A stretch of 64,000 bases of DNA. Origin: Chiloscyllium plagiosum. Its lineage: Eukaryota. The stretch covers positions 54,405,378 to 54,469,377 of the forward strand of contig NC_057728.1 in the NCBI RefSeq assembly GCF_004010195.1, given 5' to 3'. The position numbers and the translations under genes are program-made. A model generated the notes under the pieces. That model was given only the letters and a program-made list of their open reading frames with translations, was not told the origin of the DNA and did no database searches. This document shows, in pieces, positions 36,996 to 49,182 of the stretch. Each line of letters starts with the position of its first letter. Position 1 is the stretch's first letter.

Positions 36996-37175
36996 AATCT
37001 TATAATGATACACTATTGAAGTAGGTGGGAACTTGCCCTCCTAGTCTCAAGAGACAGAGACACTACCACTGCACTGCAAGATTGCTATCCTCCTCTTTAT
37101 ACAGGATCTACGAGTTGTTTAGTTAACAATGGTAAAGGATGAACCACAATGAGTCTTAACCAAAAGAGGCACTTT

Positions 37176-37915
37176 TGGTTAAGGTCCTGGGGAGTGTTGC
37201 TGAACAAAGAGACCTTGGAGTGCAGGCTCATAGTTCCTTGAAAGTGGAGTCGCAGGTAGATAGGATAGTGAAGAAGGCGTTTGGTATGCTTTCCTTTATT
37301 GGTCAGAGTATTGAGTACAGGAATTGGGAGGTCATATTGCGGCTGTACAGGACATTGGTTAGGCCACTGTTGGAATATTGCGCGCAATTTTGGTCTCCTT
37401 CCTATCAGAAGGATGTTGTGAAACTTGAAAGGGTTCAGAAAAGGTTTACAAGGATTTTGCCAGGGTTGGAGGATTTGAGCTACAGGGAGAGGCTGAATAG
37501 GCTGGGGCTGTTTTCCCTGGAGCGTTGGAGGCTGAGGGGTGACCTTATAGAGGTCTATAAAATCATGAGGGGCACGGATAGAATAAATAGACAAAGTCTC
37601 TTCCCTGGGGTGGGGGAGACTAGAGGGCATAGGTTTAGCGTGAGAGGGGAAAGATATAAAAGACATAAGGAGCAACTTTTTCACGCAGAGGGTGGTACAT
37701 GTATGAAATGAGCTGCCAGAGGAACTGGTGGAGGCTAGTAGAGTTGCAACATTTAAAAGGCATCTGGATGGGGATATGAATAGGAAGAGTTTGGAGGGAT
37801 ATGTGCCAAGTACTGGCAAGTGGGACTAGATTGGGTTGGGATATCTGGTTGGCATGGACGAGTTGGACCGAAGGGTCTGTTTCCGTGCTGTACATCTCTA
37901 TGACTCTATGACTCT
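37176..37915 (+). mobile_element. HER1/CR1 3' fragment (young)
   Basis: ORF 37175-37711 EQRDLGV..KKAFGMLSFI..LYRTLVRPLLEYCAQFWSP..LERVQKRFTR. Confidence 0.93.
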
Positions 37916-38151
37916 CTGTCATTTCTTGCACGATAGTGAGAGGTAAAATTTACATTGACGACTTTGATAAAATAACAAAGGACATAATGATGACTCATCC
38001 TCCTTTATCAGGATCCTGAACTGGACTCTTCTTTTCCCCAGCCAAGACTATATCACATTGTTAGATTGCATTGAGCTTGTTGAAGTCTCCAGCATCTTTA
38101 TACAAAAGATTGCACTGGTTTGAGAAGGCATCGCACTACCATCTCATCCAG

Positions 38152-38241
38152 AGTCGAAAAGTGTGGTGCTGGAAAAGCACAGCGGGTCAGGCAGCATCCA
38201 AGGAGCAGGAGAGTTGACATTTTGGGCATAAGCCCTTTATC
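38152..38241 (-). mobile_element. Family 1 pLTR insertion
   Basis: TSD ACCATCTCATCCAG at 38138-38151 and 38242-38255. Confidence 0.85.
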
Positions 38242-39586
38242 ACCATCTCATCCAGGGCAATTAGGCAGAGGCAAAAAAAACGCTGGCCCAAGCAGCAATG
38301 CCCACATTTCAAATCCAAATGGACACACCCATTGCAATACTGAGGGAATGCTGGACAGTCAGAAATGCTCTCCTCTGGATGAGGCCTGAAGCCAATGTCC
38401 CATCTGTTCTCTCAGGCAGACTCAAGAGATTCCAGGGCATTATTTTGATGAAGAGTTGGGGAGCTCAGCAACCACCATTCTCTATCCCCACCTAACACCA
38501 CTAAACAGATTAACTGGTCCTTACCTTACTTCTCTTCATGTGATATTGCTGTGAGGAAATTTTCTGCCATTTTCCCCACATTCCAACACTGACAACATTT
38601 CAAAATGCCATATTTCATTGGCTTTACTGCATTTTGGGACATCCCAGGGTCACCAAAATTACTATGTAAATGAAAACCTTTCCTTCAGGTTACCTCTAAA
38701 TTTTTATTAGGAACCTTAACCCACAAAGTTGTATGACATGACTGCTTGGCCCTGTATCTGCAGTCAGTGGGGACCCTCACCTGCTGTTCTTGCATATTGT
38801 TCTCCAACTTTGGAAATATGGCATTGTCCCGTACTCTCCCAACCACAACAAATGTGGTTCCCCACCCTGGCAGGCCATCCCCAGAGAACTGGTAGCTGAG
38901 TTGTTCTTTCCCGAAGATTGTCAGCTTCTTTGTTTCTACATTGGGTCAACCTTTAATTCCTGTGTTGACCCTTAAAGGCCTAACCTAATGTGGACAGGCT
39001 GTGGAGACATTTTGTCAGTATTTTCCAATCAACCTATTACAAACCTCTGGAGCAGGTGGAGCTTGAACCCAAGCCTTCTGGCTCAGATGTAAGGGCACTA
39101 CCACCAGCTCGCAACAGCCTTTCAGAGAATTCTTGTATTCCCTTGACTACAAAAAGAAGGGTTTATCTAACTGAAGCATTGGAGATAAGTAAAGGAGTTG
39201 ATGGGTAGATGGAGAGAAGCTCAAATTCAAGGACAGGTCTACCACCTTTTGGTCAGATTGTCCCACAGCCAGGCCTATAGATGGATTGAGGTAGGACTTC
39301 TACCCTGTCTGGAAAAGTGATAGGCTCGAGGGGTGGAATGGCCTCCTCCTGTTCTTACATTATTACACAGACCTAAGAAAACAGCCTACAAACTTCAGCA
39401 TTGAAGACAACATCTCTTGGGTAACTCTGTAGCCAATCGTTCAAGTGGTGGCAGGTATAGTGGTGGGGTATTGGTAATGGATACTGGACCTAGGGGGTAC
39501 TAGAACCTCAAGCTAACATTACGTGGAAAGGGTTCAAATCCACAATGGCAGATAGTGAAGTTTGACTTCAAGAAGAAAAGCAGAAG

Positions 39587-40040
39587 TGTCATAGAGTCAT
39601 ACAGCACAGACACAGACCCTTCAGCCCAACTGGTCCATGCCGACCAGATTTCCTAAACCGAACTAGTCCCATTTGGCTGCATTTGACCCTATCCCTCTAA
39701 ACTTTTCCTATCTATGTACCTGTCTAAAAGTCTTTAAAATGTCGTGATTGTGCTCACCTCTACTTCCTCGGGCAGCTCGTTCCAACAACACACCACCCTC
39801 TATGTGAGAAAGGTGCCCCTCAAGTCTGTTTTAAATCCTTCCCCTCTCACCTTAAACCTACGCCCTCTACTTTGGGGGAAAACGACCCTGGGGAAAATAA
39901 CTTGGCTACTCAGCTTCTCCACGTTCCTCATGATTTTACAAACCTCTATATGGTCACCATTAAACCTCCTACACTCCAGAGAAAAAGGTCTCAGCCTATC
40001 CTTATAACTCAAACCTTCCAGTCTCAGTAGCATCCTGGAA
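39587..40040 (-). mobile_element. HER1/CR1 3' fragment nested in a SINE
   Basis: LEGLSYKDRL..FSLECRRFNGDHIEVCKIMR. Confidence 0.85.
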
Positions 40041-40565
40041 TCAAGAGCTGGCCTAATCGTAGTTACTTTCAATTGTTGTAATGACCCATCTGGTTCACTA
40101 ATGCAAAGGAAAATTTCCTTCCTTACCCAAACTGGCCAATGTACATGTGGTTCCAGACCCCTAACAATGTGGTTGACTCTTAACTGCCCTCTGGCAATTG
40201 GAGATGGATAATAAAAGCAGTACCAGTCAGAGACACTCACATCCCTTGAATGAATAAAAAAAACACAAAAATTTGGTTCAGTGCATTTTGGGGATGATCA
40301 CAACCTCTGACAAGGTCAAAGATGCCACCTTTGTCAGAAGTTCCCTCAAGCACCAGTGACAATAACACATCATACCAGTTCTGTCGGTGTGCAATTGGAC
40401 TCTTCACTCATGAAGAGACCCACCGAAGATTAAATCACCCATATGTTGGATCTATTCAAACAAGGAGTCTAACACAATACACGTCGGTTTGGAAAATCTA
40501 ACTGGTTATTTAAGTTAAAAATCACACAACACCAGGTTATAGTCCAACAGGTTTAATTGGAAGCA

Positions 40566-40600
40566 CACTAGCTTTCGGAGCGTCGCTCCTTCATCAGGTG
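40566..40600 (-). ncRNA. Hammerhead ribozyme motif (family 2)
   Basis: CAC-CTGATGA-A-GGAGC-GAC-GCTCC-GAAAG-CTA-GTG. Confidence 0.8.
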
Positions 40601-41013
40601 CTTGTGGAGGACTCGATCGTAACACAGAATTTATAGCAAAAATTTGCAGTGTGATGTAACTGAAATTATACATTGACAATCTAAAAAGTGAGATAACAGA
40701 GTTTTACATAAATTCATGCAGTTTTTGAGCTCAGAGTTCTGACAAATCAATCTGACTGTGGACATAGATTGTGGACATAGATACCACTATTACACGTGGG
40801 AACACCTCCCACTGTGTACATGGCAGGTACTCATGTGACTCAGTCAACGTTGTCTACCTTATACGTTGCAGGCAAGGATGCCCGGAGGCATGGTACATTG
40901 GGGAAACCGAGCAAAGGCTACGACAACGGATGAATGGGCACCGCACAACAATCAACAGACAGGAGGGTTCCCTCCCAGTTGGGGACACTTCAGTGGCCCA
41001 GGACATTCAGCCT

Positions 41014-41571
41014 NNNNNNNNNNNNNNNNNNNNNNNNNNNNNNNNNNNNNNNNNNNNNNNNNNNNNNNNNNNNNNNNNNNNNNNNNNNNNNNNNNNNNNN
41101 NNNNNNNNNNNNNNNNNNNNNNNNNNNNNNNNNNNNNNNNNNNNNNNNNNNNNNNNNNNNNNNNNNNNNNNNNNNNNNNNNNNNNNNNNNNNNNNNNNNN
41201 NNNNNNNNNNNNNNNNNNNNNNNNNNNNNNNNNNNNNNNNNNNNNNNNNNNNNNNNNNNNNNNNNNNNNNNNNNNNNNNNNNNNNNNNNNNNNNNNNNNN
41301 NNNNNNNNNNNNNNNNNNNNNNNNNNNNNNNNNNNNNNNNNNNNNNNNNNNNNNNNNNNNNNNNNNNNNNNNNNNNNNNNNNNNNNNNNNNNNNNNNNNN
41401 NNNNNNNNNNNNNNNNNNNNNNNNNNNNNNNNNNNNNNNNNNNNNNNNNNNNNNNNNNNNNNNNNNNNNNNNNNNNNNNNNNNNNNNNNNNNNNNNNNNN
41501 NNNNNNNNNNNNNNNNNNNNNNNNNNNNNNNNNNNNNNNNNNNNNNNNNNNNNNNNNNNNNNNNNNNNNNN
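41014..41571. other. Assembly gap (others at 24716-24900 and 44283-44765; single N at 36561)
   Basis: N runs, all inside young retroelements. Confidence 1.
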
Positions 41572-41727
41572 GGTTTTGTGATTTACATATGAAAGAAGTG
41601 AAACTATCACTGTATTCTAACAGATGAAAGGCTTAACAGACAATCAATTTTTCAATGTATAATTTCAGTTACATCACACTGCAAATTTTTGCTATAAATT
41701 CTGTGTTACGATCAAGCCCTCCACAAT

Positions 41728-41762
41728 CACCTGATGAAGGAGCGTCGCTCCGAAAGCTAGTG
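41728..41762 (+). ncRNA. Hammerhead ribozyme motif (family 2)
   Basis: CAC-CTGATGA-A-GGAGC-GTC-GCTCC-GAAAG-CTA-GTG; palindromic AGCT helix III. Confidence 0.8.
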
Positions 41763-41941
41763 TGCTTCCAATTAAACCTGTTGGACTATAACCTGGTGTT
41801 GTGTGATTTTTAACTTTGTACACCCCAGTCCAACACCGGCATAAGAGTAGCTAGGGCAAAGACCAAAAAATTGGCGTTAAATTCCAACTGCCCTTTGGAA
41901 TTTCCTGAGAGATTTCCATGCTGCAATTGACATCGACTGCA

Positions 41942-42080
41942 AATTTTGATGAAAAGTCACTGGAGTCAAAATGTTAGCTCTGTTTTCTCTCAACAGATGC
42001 CACCAGACCTGCTGAGTTTCTCCACCACTCTCTGTTTTTTGTTTCAGAGCCTAAACATCTTAGTTTTTTGTTTTTATTTC
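41942..42080 (+). mobile_element. Degenerate family 3 pLTR
   Basis: TTGATGAAAAGTCACTGGAGTCAAAATGTTAGCTCTG...AGACCTGCTGAGTTTCTCCA; related copy at 42748-42845 (CTGAAGAAGGGTCACTGGACTTGAAA). Confidence 0.6.
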
Positions 42081-42520
42081 TGTGCTTTTTTTCTTATGCC
42101 CAGAAATGCTCTTCCACACAACTGAACATTTACTTTCCCCATCCCCCAATCAACCATATCTTTTCATCTATTAACCACCCCCATGTTTACTAACTGAATG
42201 GAATTAATTCCAATTGAACAATTTTGACTGGGTAAAAAAGGGTATTATGTTTCCATTAGTCAGTAACTTGGGCTCACAGTTCCAAGATTGTCAGCAAGAG
42301 AGCTAAAAGTGAGATGATGAGAAAGTTCTTTCCTCAGAGAGTTGTTAGGATTTGGAATTTGAGGGAGTTGAGTCCACAGGAGGTTCCCAAAGAGAATTAC
42401 ATATATATTTGAAAGTGATTAATTTAGAGGGCTACGGAGATAGCGCTGATGGATGGGACTAGCTGAGTAGCTCTTTTGGAAGCTGGTACAGACTTAAGGG
42501 GTTGAATGGCCTCCTCCTAT

Positions 42521-42586
42521 AGTCGATTCTCCTGCTCTTTGGATGCTGCCTGACCCGCTGTGTGTTTCCAGCACCACACTTTTCAA
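42521..42586 (+). mobile_element. Very short family 1 pLTR insertion in an old CR1 tail
   Basis: TSD CTCCTCCTAT at 42511-42520 and 42587-42596. Confidence 0.8.
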
Positions 42587-43749
42587 CTCCTCCTATCATG
42601 TAAACTTCTACGATTCTATAAATTTGATGATTTTATGATCAATTTATGTGCAAAGCCTGTTAAGGGTAGTGCAAAGATAAGGGACAGGGGGAACAGGGCT
42701 TTATTTTAGTGTTTAATATACTGCCACATCTCTTCCAGGTGTGCCTGTTCTGAAGAAGGGTCACTGGACTTGAAATATTAAACTGCTTTCCTCTCCATGG
42801 ATGTTCCAATCCTGCTGAGCTCCCCCAACACTATCTGCTTTTGTGATAGATTGCAAGAAGGCGGGGGAAAGGCAGATCTCTGAAGGAGGCCAGCTGTTTC
42901 CTGCTGCTAGTTAATTCGGTGACTTGAGTGTAAATAACTTCCTGAAACTATTGGATCCTTGGAATTCTGAGGTGGGGGAGTCATAACAGCTGCAGAAGGA
43001 ATTTGTTTTGGTTTGCAGATGAAAGGGCTCTCTGACAGCAGCTCTATATCTGCGTCCAGAACTGTGTTATCATGGGGCTAGGCTGTGTACACAAATCAGT
43101 GTCTTTTCATTCCTGAAAAGAAAGTACAGTTTGAGATCTCTGACGTGACTTCTAACCGGAATCGATTTTCCTTATCGACAGTGGCTCGTATTTTACAAAG
43201 GGCATTTAATGTAGCAAAACACCACAAGGTCGTTCACTGGAGCACTCACAGACACAAAGAAATTTGACACCGACATTCAAGAGAAACGTTTGGACATAGA
43301 GGGAGATTTTTTTAAAGCAGGGTTTTGTGGTGGAGAGGTTCAGGGGACAAAAGCTCCCATATTTCAAGCTTCTGGTAGCAGCTGATGGTGAGGCCAACAG
43401 TGATCAGGCAAACGATATCAAAAAGTCAGAAATAGAGGCGGAAGGAGGAGGGGGGAGGTGGCAAAGGGATGGATAAGATTGTTCACTGTGAAGTCTCAGG
43501 TGAGCAGCTTCCAATATGGAAAGAAAAAATCACATTTCTACTGCGCTTTTCATGACCACTGGACTTCTGATAGTGTTTTAAAAGCAACTAAATATGCTGG
43601 AAGTGTTTTATGACACTACAGTCATGGATGTAAATGCGGCAGCTAATTTATATACGGCAAGGTCCCATGGGAAGCAATTCAACAACTTATTTTGTGATGC
43701 TGATTGAGGGTTATGTAATGGAAACTGGGGTGCCTCCTCCTCCCTCTCC

Positions 43750-45480
43750 ATAGAGTCATAGAGATGTACAGCATGGAAACAGACCCTTCGGTCCAACCCG
43801 TCCATGCCGACCAGATATCCCAACCCAATCTAGTCCCACCTGCCAGCACCCGGGCCTGTATCTCTCCAAACCCTTCCTTTTCATATACCCATCCAAATGC
43901 CTCTTAAATGTTGCAATTGTACCAGCTGCACCCAATCTAGTCCCACCTGCCAGCACCCGGCCTGTATCTCTCCAAACCCTTCCTATTCTTATACCCATCC
44001 AAATGCCTCTTAAATGTTGCAATTTGTACCAGCTGCCACCACTTCCTCTGGCAGCTCATTCCATATACGTACCACCCTCTGAGTGAAAAAGCTGCCCCTT
44101 AGGTCTCTTTTATATCTTTCCCCTCTCATCCTAAACTTATGCCCTCTAGTTCTGGACTCCCCAGCCCCAGGGAAAAGACTTTGTCTATTTACCCTTTCCA
44201 TGCCCCTCATAATTTTGTAAACCTCTATAAGGTCACCCTTCAGCCTCCGACACTCCAGAGAAAACAGCCCCAGCTTGTTCAGNNNNNNNNNNNNNNNNNN
44301 NNNNNNNNNNNNNNNNNNNNNNNNNNNNNNNNNNNNNNNNNNNNNNNNNNNNNNNNNNNNNNNNNNNNNNNNNNNNNNNNNNNNNNNNNNNNNNNNNNNN
44401 NNNNNNNNNNNNNNNNNNNNNNNNNNNNNNNNNNNNNNNNNNNNNNNNNNNNNNNNNNNNNNNNNNNNNNNNNNNNNNNNNNNNNNNNNNNNNNNNNNNN
44501 NNNNNNNNNNNNNNNNNNNNNNNNNNNNNNNNNNNNNNNNNNNNNNNNNNNNNNNNNNNNNNNNNNNNNNNNNNNNNNNNNNNNNNNNNNNNNNNNNNNN
44601 NNNNNNNNNNNNNNNNNNNNNNNNNNNNNNNNNNNNNNNNNNNNNNNNNNNNNNNNNNNNNNNNNNNNNNNNNNNNNNNNNNNNNNNNNNNNNNNNNNNN
44701 NNNNNNNNNNNNNNNNNNNNNNNNNNNNNNNNNNNNNNNNNNNNNNNNNNNNNNNNNNNNNNNNACATCCTGTCCTTCAGGATTCCCTCCAACATCTTGC
44801 CCACCACCGACGTCAGGCTCACTGGTCTATAGTTCTCTGGCTTGTCTTTACCACCCTTCTTAAGCAGTGGCACCACATTAGCCAACCTCCAGTCTTCCAG
44901 CACCTCACCTGTGACTATCGATGATACAAATATCTCAGCAAGAGGCCCAGCTATCACTTCTCTAGCTTCCCACAGAGTTCTAGGGTACACCTGATCAGGT
45001 CCTGGGGATTTAGCCACCTTTACCTGTTTCAAGACATCCAGCACTTTCTCCTCTGTAATTTGGACATTTTGCAAGATGTCACCATCTATTTCCCGACAGT
45101 CTATATCTTCCATATGTTTTTCCACAGTAAATACTGAAGTAAAATACTTGTTTAGTATCTCCCCATTTTCTGCGGCTCCACACAAAGGCTGCCTTGCTGA
45201 TCTTTAAGGGGTGAAAATGTGTTGCTGGAAAAGCGCAGCAGGTCAGGCAGCATCCAAGGAACAGGAGAATTGACGTTTCGGGCATAAGCCCTTCTTCAGG
45301 AATCTTTGAGGGGCCCTATTGTCTCCCTAGTTACCCTTTTGCCCTTAAAAACCCTTTGGATTCTCCTTAATTCTATTTGCCAAAGATATCTCATGTCCCC
45401 GTTTTGCCCTCCTGATTTCCCTCTTAAGTATACTCCTACTCCCTTTATACTCTTCTAAGGATTCACCCAATCTATCCTGT
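43750..45480 (-). mobile_element. HER1/CR1 LINE, long fragment (RT N-terminus to tail) with gap
   Basis: ORF 44010-45185 KSPGPDQVYPRTL..WRLANVVPLLKKGGKDKPENYRPVSLTSVVGK. Confidence 0.93.
45212..45301 (-). mobile_element. Family 1 pLTR insertion with intact hammerhead core
   Basis: Minus CTGAAGA-A-GGGC-TTAT-GCCC-GAAAC-GTC; TSD ATCTTTAAGGGG 45200-45211 and ATCTTTGAGGGG 45302-45313. Confidence 0.85.
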
Positions 45481-46049
45481 CTTACCACTTTGAATTAGCT
45501 CTGTTGAATCGTTTATGTCATGTACATAAGAACTTGGAGCAGGAGTAGGCCATTCAGTCCCTCAAACCTGTCCAGCCATTTGATTGTGGCTGATCTCATT
45601 TCGGCCTCAACTCCAATTTCTTGCCTGCTCTCCACAACCCTTCAATCCCTTACTAGTTAAAAATATTTACATCTTAAATTTATTTGGTGTCCCAGCATTT
45701 GGGGTAGGGAATTCCACAGATTTGTGAACTTTTGAGACAAATAGACAGCTCAGTTTTAAATCTGTTACCCCTTATCCCAAAACTATGACCTCTCGTTCTT
45801 GATTGAGCAAACACAGTTATGTACTACTGTTGTGGGCCGAATGCCATGCTGATTGGAGATACAGTGTTGACCATGTTTGTTGAGGTCCAACATACTCATG
45901 TTGGGCTAATCAGACATCACTTCGCAAAAGGACGCTGGGCTGGGTTTAATGCAACCCATCACAGCAGGAACCATGGTAACCAGGTCCAATTATCCACGGG
46001 AGGTGCTTCTGTCAATATCCCAAACTTTCCCCAGTTAATGGGAGGTGCT

Positions 46050-46366
46050 GCATTTTGGGAAAGCAAATCTTAGCAGGAGTTATACACTTAATGGTAAGGT
46101 CCTGGGGAGTGTTGCTGAACAAAGAGACCTTGGAGTGCAGGTTCATAGCTCCGGTACATGTATGGAATGAGCTGCCAGAGGAAGTGGTAGAGGCTGGTAC
46201 AATTACAACATTTAAAAGACATTTGGATGGGTATATTAAAAGGAGGGGTTTGGAGGGATATGAGCCAGGTGCTGGCAGGTGGGACTAGATTGGATTGGGA
46301 TATCTGGTCAGCGTGCATGGGTTGGACCGAAGGGTCTGTTTCTGTGCTGTAAATCTCTATGACTGT
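46050..46366 (+). mobile_element. HER1/CR1 fragment with internal deletion
   Basis: GTTCATAGCTCC is joined directly to GGTACATGTATGGAATG at ~46152. Confidence 0.85.
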
Positions 46367-46669
46367 ATAAGTGGGAGGATGGGCTGGCACGAAGTATGAT
46401 TCCTGGTTGCCGCCAACTGAATGTAAATTAGGCTCATTAAAGAATGAAACATCGCCCATTCCCAATGACACCACCTCAAATTAGTGGGCGCCCTATAAAC
46501 TCCGTTAGCTTTGCCAAAGTCTTCCAAGAGGCATTCGTTGTTTGTCAGGCAATGTCTGCCCAATAAAGGATCCCAGCATTGGGAAGGCGTGACTTACTGA
46601 AAGCCACACCCCTGCTCTTGTGTCCGACCATCACCTTCTAAACGACTCCACAATTCCCACCATCACCAG

Positions 46670-47880
46670 GATATAAAGATAAACCTGGCAAGCATAGGCC
46701 AGTCAATTTGAGCACAAGGATAATTAGCACTTGCAGGATTTTTTTAAAGGGCATGCCATACCTTAAAAGCCTGCAGGGTTTTTGTTTTGGTGAGGTAAGG
46801 GAGAGTGTTGCTGTTGATGTGAGGTGCATGGATTTCCAGAAGACATCTGATATGGTGCTGCACAATAGACTTGTCTGAGCACATTTAGAGTTGATGGAGC
46901 AAAAGGGGGAAAGCAGCTCCGACACAAAGTTGGCTGAACAACAAGAAACGCAAGGAAATTGTTGCTGGAGGGAGGTTTACAGTGGAGTTCTTTAAGGTCA
47001 GTGATAGGACTCTGCTTTTTCTGAAATATATCAGTGGCCTGGACATTGGTGGACTGGGGACAGTTTCAAAAGGGTGCAGAAGGTACAACAATTGGAAGTC
47101 CTGTGAACCGTGAGGGGGATTGTGTAGCACTTCAAAGGACTTCATGGGTTAAACGAGTACCAGATGGAAGTAAATGCAGAGAAGTGTGAAGTGATTCATT
47201 TTAGTGCAAAGGATGCAGAGAGGTAATATAAAACAAACAGTGTACTTTTAAACGGGATGCAGGAGCAGAGAGACCTGCCTGTGATGTATATAAATCATTG
47301 ACAGTAGCAGGACAGCTTGCGATAGCTGTTAAAAGAGCTTATGGCATCTTGGCTGTATGAATCAGGACACAGAATACCGAAACAAGGAAGTTATGTTAAA
47401 CCCATGTAAAACACGAGTCTGGCTTCAACTGGAGTATTGCATCCAGTTCTGGACTCCACACTTTAGGAAGGATGTGAAGACATCAGAAATGATTCATGAG
47501 TGTGGCTCCAGGTACGAGGTGGTATCATGACATAGGAACCTTGGAGAAGTTTGAGGAGAGATTTGATTGAGGTGTTTAAATCACATGGGGTTTGGAAGAG
47601 GAGACAGGAAAAAAAATTACATGCATTCATTGGCAGAAGAATTGAGAACATTAAAAGCAGTGGTGCCAAGAAAAAACCTTTTCTTGTAGTAAGCAGTTAG
47701 GATTGGGAGTACACTGCCGACAGTAAGGTGGAGGCAAGTTCAACTGAGGCTTTTGAAGGGGAATTGGATTGCTATTTGAACAGGAAATAATTGCAGAGCC
47801 ATAGGGAAAAGGCAGGGACTAGGTGCATTGCTCCTTCAGAGGGCTAGCAGGGACAAAATGTGCTGAATGGCCTCTGTACC
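46670..47880 (+). mobile_element. Old degenerate CR1 LINE
   Basis: Colinear RT remnants (KPGKHRPVNL; VAVDVRCMDFQKTSD; CTGGAGTATTGCATCCAGTTCTGG). Confidence 0.7.
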
Positions 47881-48168
47881 ATTTGCCTGCAGTGGGTGCC
47901 ATGCTGCCATTGCTTTTGCTAGCTCTTTGGGTAATGTGAAGTACCCAGCTCTGATTGGCCACAAACTCTCAATAGACAGTACTTCTGCCATGCTGAGAAG
48001 CCCTGATGGTGCCTCTTAAAGACCTGAAGGACATTTAATTCTGTTAGACCTCCCCAATCAAGCTGATAGGGGCTCCCCAATATGGGACTTAATGGATCCA
48101 ACCCCAGTGGACTGACATTGTCAGGATCCCTCCTCATTTTCTACATTGCTAACACGGATAAGTGTGAT

Positions 48169-48385
48169 TCGAGTGGTGCTGGAAAAGCACAGCAGGTCAG
48201 GCAGCATCCGAGGAGCAGGAAAATCGATGTTTCGGGCAAAAGCCCTTCACCAGGTTCCTGATGATGGGCTTTTGCCTGAAATGTCAATTTTCCTGCTTCT
48301 TGGATGCTGCCTGACCTGCTGTGCTTTTCCAGCACCACTTTAATCTAGACTCTGTTCTCCAGCATCTGCAGTCCTCACTTTCACC
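48169..48385. mobile_element. Fold-back family 1 pLTR insertion (back-to-back ribozyme motifs)
   Basis: Inversion centre CAGG-TT-CCTG at ~48255; TSD ACGGATAAGTGTGAT 48154-48168 and ACAGATAAGTGTGAT 48386-48400. Confidence 0.9.
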
Positions 48386-48836
48386 ACAGATAAGTGTGAT
48401 GTTCATCTTAACTTACTGCTGAGTTATTGTATCTCTAAATCTGTATTCTTTTTTTAAACAGACATTAAGCTAAAGCTCAATCTCGCTAATCAAGTGAATG
48501 CTAAAGATCCCATAGTGAAGAAGAGCAGGGAACTGTCTTGGTCAACTGTTCTCGTCAATGGTCCCTCAATTTGAAAAGTAGGAAGACAAATTGTATTAGC
48601 TGGCTGAGAAAATGGCACGCGGTATTTTAGTGTCATAGAGTCTAGTGGTAAATGGTAAGGCCCAATGATCAGAATCGCTTGTAGGCTAATGATGAAAAGA
48701 CAAAATCTTCTGAACTTAGAATTCCTAGATATGGTGAAGAGGGAAAGGAGATGGAAATGCATTGTTTTGTCAAGATTTTGTCTATCTGCATTGTACGTCT
48801 TGGAATATTCTTAGCTGTGTGACAGGTTCAGGGCCA

Positions 48837-49182
48837 TGTTGCGTAAGGTTCTGAAAGGGTTAATGTTGGACCATGCATTAAGCTCTATCCAACCTGATGA
48901 TGTCAGAAAAAGTTGGCTGGGGAATATCTTAGGATCTGCATGAGGACAGACCTGTTATCCTAGCTCCCCTCATCACCTGAGTAACAATGTCTAACAATGT
49001 AGCTTTTATTAGATTGCTATCATTCAATAAACTACACACTCTCTGCTCAACCAGAATCTCTAGCGGTTTACCTCTACCAGTAAACCAACTAGGCCCTTAG
49101 ACCCAGTAAAGGAAAGAAATGATGGTAAAAAACTGCAGCAACCATAAGCTGGTTGCAGTTGGGATCCCAGCAGTTTACAACA
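48837..49182 (+). mobile_element. Solo LTR
   Basis: TGTTG...CAACA termini, AATAAA at 49026, 5-bp flanks GGCCA/GGCCC. Confidence 0.7.

Larger units (their letters stand above)
40512..41840 (+). mobile_element. Penelope-like element (family 2) with GIY-YIG remnant and inverted ~165-bp termini; contains a gap
   Basis: GRYSCDSVNVVYLIRCRQGCPEAWYIGETEQRLRQRMNGHR; 40512-40676 is the reverse complement of 41652-41816. Confidence 0.9.

Noticed and set aside
40771..44924. Long ORFs of 185-273 aa
   Set aside because: Length is created by N runs; the real residues are PLE or CR1 fragments
48894..48915. CTGATGATGTC in the solo LTR (and near 26004) as a hammerhead
   Set aside because: No stem II followed by GAAA-NTH in a valid geometry
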